A DNA stretch of 64,000 nt from Azolla caroliniana (Eukaryota > Plantae > Polypodiophyta), in NCBI GenBank assembly GCA_043228905.1, contig JBHGNT010000003.1:13888001-13952000 (forward strand), written 5' to 3'. Position 1 is the stretch's first letter. Each line of letters starts with the position of its first letter. A program made the translations under genes and the position numbers. The notes under the pieces are model-generated. The model was given only the letters and a program-made list of their open reading frames with translations, ran no database searches and had not been told where the DNA came from. This document shows positions 60,001-64,000 of this stretch, in pieces.

Positions 60001-60489
60001 ACCGTTTCTAGGGAAATACCTTCGATGAGCCCACAGGCTATCAGTATCAAGGGGTCATGTTACGTCGAAGCCTCTTCTACACTGAGAAGATGATATGAGA
60101 ACGAGGAGTGTACACGGGCTACAACTCGTTAGGCATAGACGTAGCTCGATTGCGAGTACCGGGGAGAATACGCAGATGAAGGAACAGTAAGAGCGAGATG
60201 TATATTAAATGAAAAGCTCCCAGCGATTATAGTACACAGCTCTCGACCAGAAACAGGTTGTGCAAAGCTCAATGCTACGATAGTAATCTTACTAAATAAT
60301 CTAGGTGCTCTCCCTTGAAGTATGCAGATCTCAATTTATATAGTTTCCCTCTTTAGACAGAGCCGAGCCATCGGCTCATTGTGAGGGCTACAAACTCAAC
60401 TATTTCTAGTTCTACCTATTTCCTCACCTACTATTCTACCTACCGGCGAGTTTACATAATGTATTTATATTTCTGGCCTCTGGACAACA
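52604..60489 (-). mobile_element. Gypsy element B (non-chromovirus), 3'-truncated and decayed
   Basis: 5' LTR 59994-60489, PBS TGGCACGCCCGGT 59978-59990. gag ~58440-59700, PR ~57800-58100, RT/RH ~56000-57300, INT ~54650-55900, extra ORF 52604-54088. Confidence 0.88.
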
Positions 60490-60534
60490 CTCTCCCTCAC
60501 ACGTAATTCCCATTTGAAGGGGGATGAAACCATT

Positions 60535-63500
60535 CTAGGCTTCACCCCTCACCATTAATAGGTTGTCTTGTAAGTATTCCTCTTCCTCCTCCTCATCCAA
60601 TCCCTCCAACATGTGCACTACCTCCACATGGATTGGTAAACATTGACGAGGCATGTTAACTTTTTCTTGTGTCGACACCCAAAATTTGTTCTTGCCTTTC
60701 CGGAATGTCAGAGTGTTCTTATGCCAATTTTGTTTAACCTTGGCCGTTTTCAGCCAAGGTCGGCCCAATAATAAGGGATATGGACTGGTTGCATCTAGGT
60801 GAAGAACTACTGCTGAGATCTAGAATGTGTGGCCACCTATAACAATATCCAATTCACGAATTAGACCAAGTGGTCAAACCATGCTTGTTTCAACTATTCG
60901 TAACCAGAACAGGCATGCATCCCATTTGGTAATACTGAGCCAGTCACACGTAAGTTTATTAATTACATTGACCCTCGAACCACCGTCAACAATGCTTCCT
61001 GTAACATCTTGGCCCCGTATTGTCACCTTAATTAATGAACTGTACTCGTCCATCAGAATCACACCATTCACCGTATTACTCTAATTTACCGACATCTTTT
61101 TTAATGAAGATTCAACTTGGTATTAATGGAAAGATGCCAAACGGCTATAATGAATTCATACAATATATTACAACCCTCATATCCACATCAACCAACATAT
61201 CAAGTATCAAAAGCCCTCATGTAGAGTTGTTCCAAGATGGGGGATGGAAAAAGCCATCTTGGTAGAGCATATCTCTAGTTTATTCTCTCTCTAAAAGAGG
61301 TGAAGACCTCTGATTTTCTCCAAATTTCTCAAAACTGCTATTGTTTATGTATCACAACCTCAGGCTCACCAGTTATTGCTTCATATTGACCTCTTAAAGT
61401 ATGTAAGAGCATTAACCACATCTCTTTGACTAACTCAACCGCATTCTATTTAACTTTCTGAAATTACTTACACTTTTTCTACCCCATTGTTCGCAATAAT
61501 TACGGCGACCTTCTTATTGAAGCGAGGCACTAATTTTAATAATCCTATCAAAGTTAATAATACTTGACAATATGCCAAGACCTTCCATGTGTTCATGTCT
61601 GCAAGTATTAGAGTCAGCTCTGACTATTCGAAGAGTCAACTGTTCTCCTTGTCAGTTGATATAGCATTTTCATGCAGCATTCGGACCACATTGCTATTGT
61701 TAGCCTCCTCCACCCATTGTTTAGCCGCTTTCCTTACAGCCTCCTGAACTTACCACTCTGATTAATTCCCCTTAGAGCGAATGGTTACCTATTGTACTTC
61801 CGGCACGACCATATTTAGCGCTAGTGCATTGCCTTTATGTTTTGTTGGGCACTGATTAGCATAGTGGCCATATTTCCTGCAAATATAACAAGTCGGCACT
61901 GAGGAACCACTCGATTCTTCGTTTTCATATTGAGTTTGACGCTCATCTTGAGATTCAAAGTTATCTCTATCTTTAGAATCATGATGCAACTCTCAAGATC
62001 CTTTCGACTTCCTCTTATCATTGAATTGACGATTTCATTGTCGATTGACATCATTCTTCCTGTGATTATTGGACCTTCTATCGTCTTGATATCTACCACC
62101 CCTATAAGGTTGGTTATTATTGTTATCCCATCGGAGTGAGTAATCCCGATCATAATTGTTCCGACTATCATGGCAGTCATCTTCCCGATGACACTCATCA
62201 TATCAGTCATTACGCTGATAGTCGTCGCGTCGAGAATCATCCCTCTGATTATCATCCCCGCAGCCCTCATCTCTGCGGCGATCATCGTGCAGAGTATCAT
62301 TACCCTGGTCTTATCTATACCGATCATCATAACTTGGTCGATCTTCTTCTTGCGACCAATATGCTGACTAATTCCGATCCTCATGAAAATTCGTCTCAAG
62401 ATGAATCCGTCAAACTAGTGCGGTTGTTTTGTTGAGCAAATTATACTCACATTGCTCGACCGAATAAGCCTTGGAATGGTAGATCGTACAATGAGTGTGT
62501 AAACTGCATTTCATCGTCGAATGCTCTATGTTGAGACAAGTGGTACATTTCACCGCTTGTTGGAACCTCAACTCCTCTAATGTAGGTAAATTTTTGTGCA
62601 ATACTGACATGTTCATACTATTATTATTGTGAGTACGATCCATTGCCAAAGCTTTGTCCATCACTTGCTCCAGTGATTAATTTCGTAAATCGCGTAACAC
62701 GAGAGTTGTTTGGAAAGGCTCACATATTGCTTCCAAGAAGATATCCTTCAGTTCTCCTTCTGGAATTGGGCATGAAATTTGGAGTCGCAAATTTTTAAAC
62801 CTAATCACAAATTGCGACATCGTTTCATGAGGCTCCTTATATGCCACATAAAATTGGCTAATGAGATCCTTCTATGGGATTTACCGATGAAATAATTGTG
62901 TAAACTTTGTAGATAATTGTTCAAATGTGCCGAACGCCTTTGGCCTGTTCTGGGCATACCAATTCACCGACGGTCCGTCGAGCGATAATACGAACTCATC
63001 GATTTTAGATTTTTCTTCAGAAGTAGCCGACAGCCGTTGTGCCACATGGTTCACTTCCCATGTCGTCAGAAAATCACGCACATGTGCTTTCGCATCGGCT
63101 CCCTCCCGATACTTTGAATAATGGTATGGCATTGTCACCTCCTCCCAAATCTCAAAAGAATATGGTTGATCGGACTGCTCCTCGTCCGAGTGACTATCTT
63201 TTAGATCGGGAATTTCACTTCTCTCCATTTTAACTTCTTGTTGGATTTAGTTAAGAACTTCCGAACCCTCCGCAATCCCACCTTCTACACTTCGTGTTTC
63301 TGATCTCGTGTGTGGTCTTTTGCGGCTTACAGGTGTCTCCGGACTAGATGACATCCATTCCCCTGGATTGTTACCTATAGCAGATGTAACCGGGCGTGCC
63401 AAAATATTGTGTCGATCTGCCGACAACTGACTACTGTAACCGACTAGCACAATATGTCCAACGTTCTTTCTCGAACGTTCTATCAAGATAATTGTGGTAG

Positions 63501-63985
63501 AAAATTGGATGGCTAGTAATAGTCTATACCCATACTTGACCTATAGAGACGCTGCTCTGTTTACATTGTACCTGTGATCGTCTATTTATCTTAATATAAT
63601 TAATTAGCAAACATCATACTCAAAGTTTGACACAGATAGGAATACAAAATAGTAATAGTAAAATCGACACAGTGATATACCCTAACCACTAACTTATATT
63701 AATTCAAAATAGAACAATAGGATTACAATGCTCTCGGTCACTTTTTATAGATGATCCAAGTGTCTGTATTCAAGATTTACACTTGCCATGTTCTGCAAGA
63801 ACTACGACAAAACTGTCGAACCTAAATAACTCTACTATTTTTTCCTACTTGGCAAAATTATATTTCATTTCTGATTCCTCGATCCGACTCCGACACTTCC
63901 ACACTTTGTTCGACTCGGAACCTTGCTGACTCCAACTTCCTTTCACATCTATCTGACTCCGACCCTGGTAGTCAACCGGCTAACA
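60535..63985 (-). mobile_element. Gypsy element C 5' half (LTR 63408-63985, PBS 63389-63401, gag, PR), decayed
   Basis: PBS TGGCACGCCCGGT, gag KYREGADAKAHVRDFLTTWEVNH, zinc knuckles, PR IVDGGS. LTR end CCGGCTAACA resembles that of A. Confidence 0.82.
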
Positions 63986-64000
63986 ATCGACCCCATGTTC

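Noticed and set aside
61085-61620. AT-rich stretch inside element C
   Set aside because: No recognisable ends, repeats or coding signal, so no call can be supported.

Overview
Land-plant nuclear DNA; the retrotransposon types suggest a non-seed plant, but this is uncertain. Bases 1-4728 hold the 3' twelve exons of a CLASP (TOG/HEAT microtubule-associated protein) gene. The remaining ~59 kb is a gene-free pile of nested LTR retrotransposons. It includes one intact, very young Tnt1/Tork-like Copia (13025-18671), one very young chromovirus-type Gypsy (37445-44492), three decayed non-chromovirus Gypsy elements (A 6728-31225, B 52604-60489, C 60535-63985), several decayed Copias, solo LTRs and a 100-N gap. 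The main oddities are these. (i) Gypsy A has a tRNA-Arg 3'-end-like sequence (an inverted second PBS) where the polypurine tract should be. (ii) The Gypsy A/B family carries a large extra ORF after pol. (iii) Unrelated Copia and Gypsy families are both strongly enriched in CCGG, including CCGG hairpin arrays in the LTRs. (iv) An in-frame UAA at the start of integrase is shared by two diverged chromovirus copies. (v) Telomere-repeat fillers sit at two deletion junctions. All counts and alignments were made by eye; no database searches were run.
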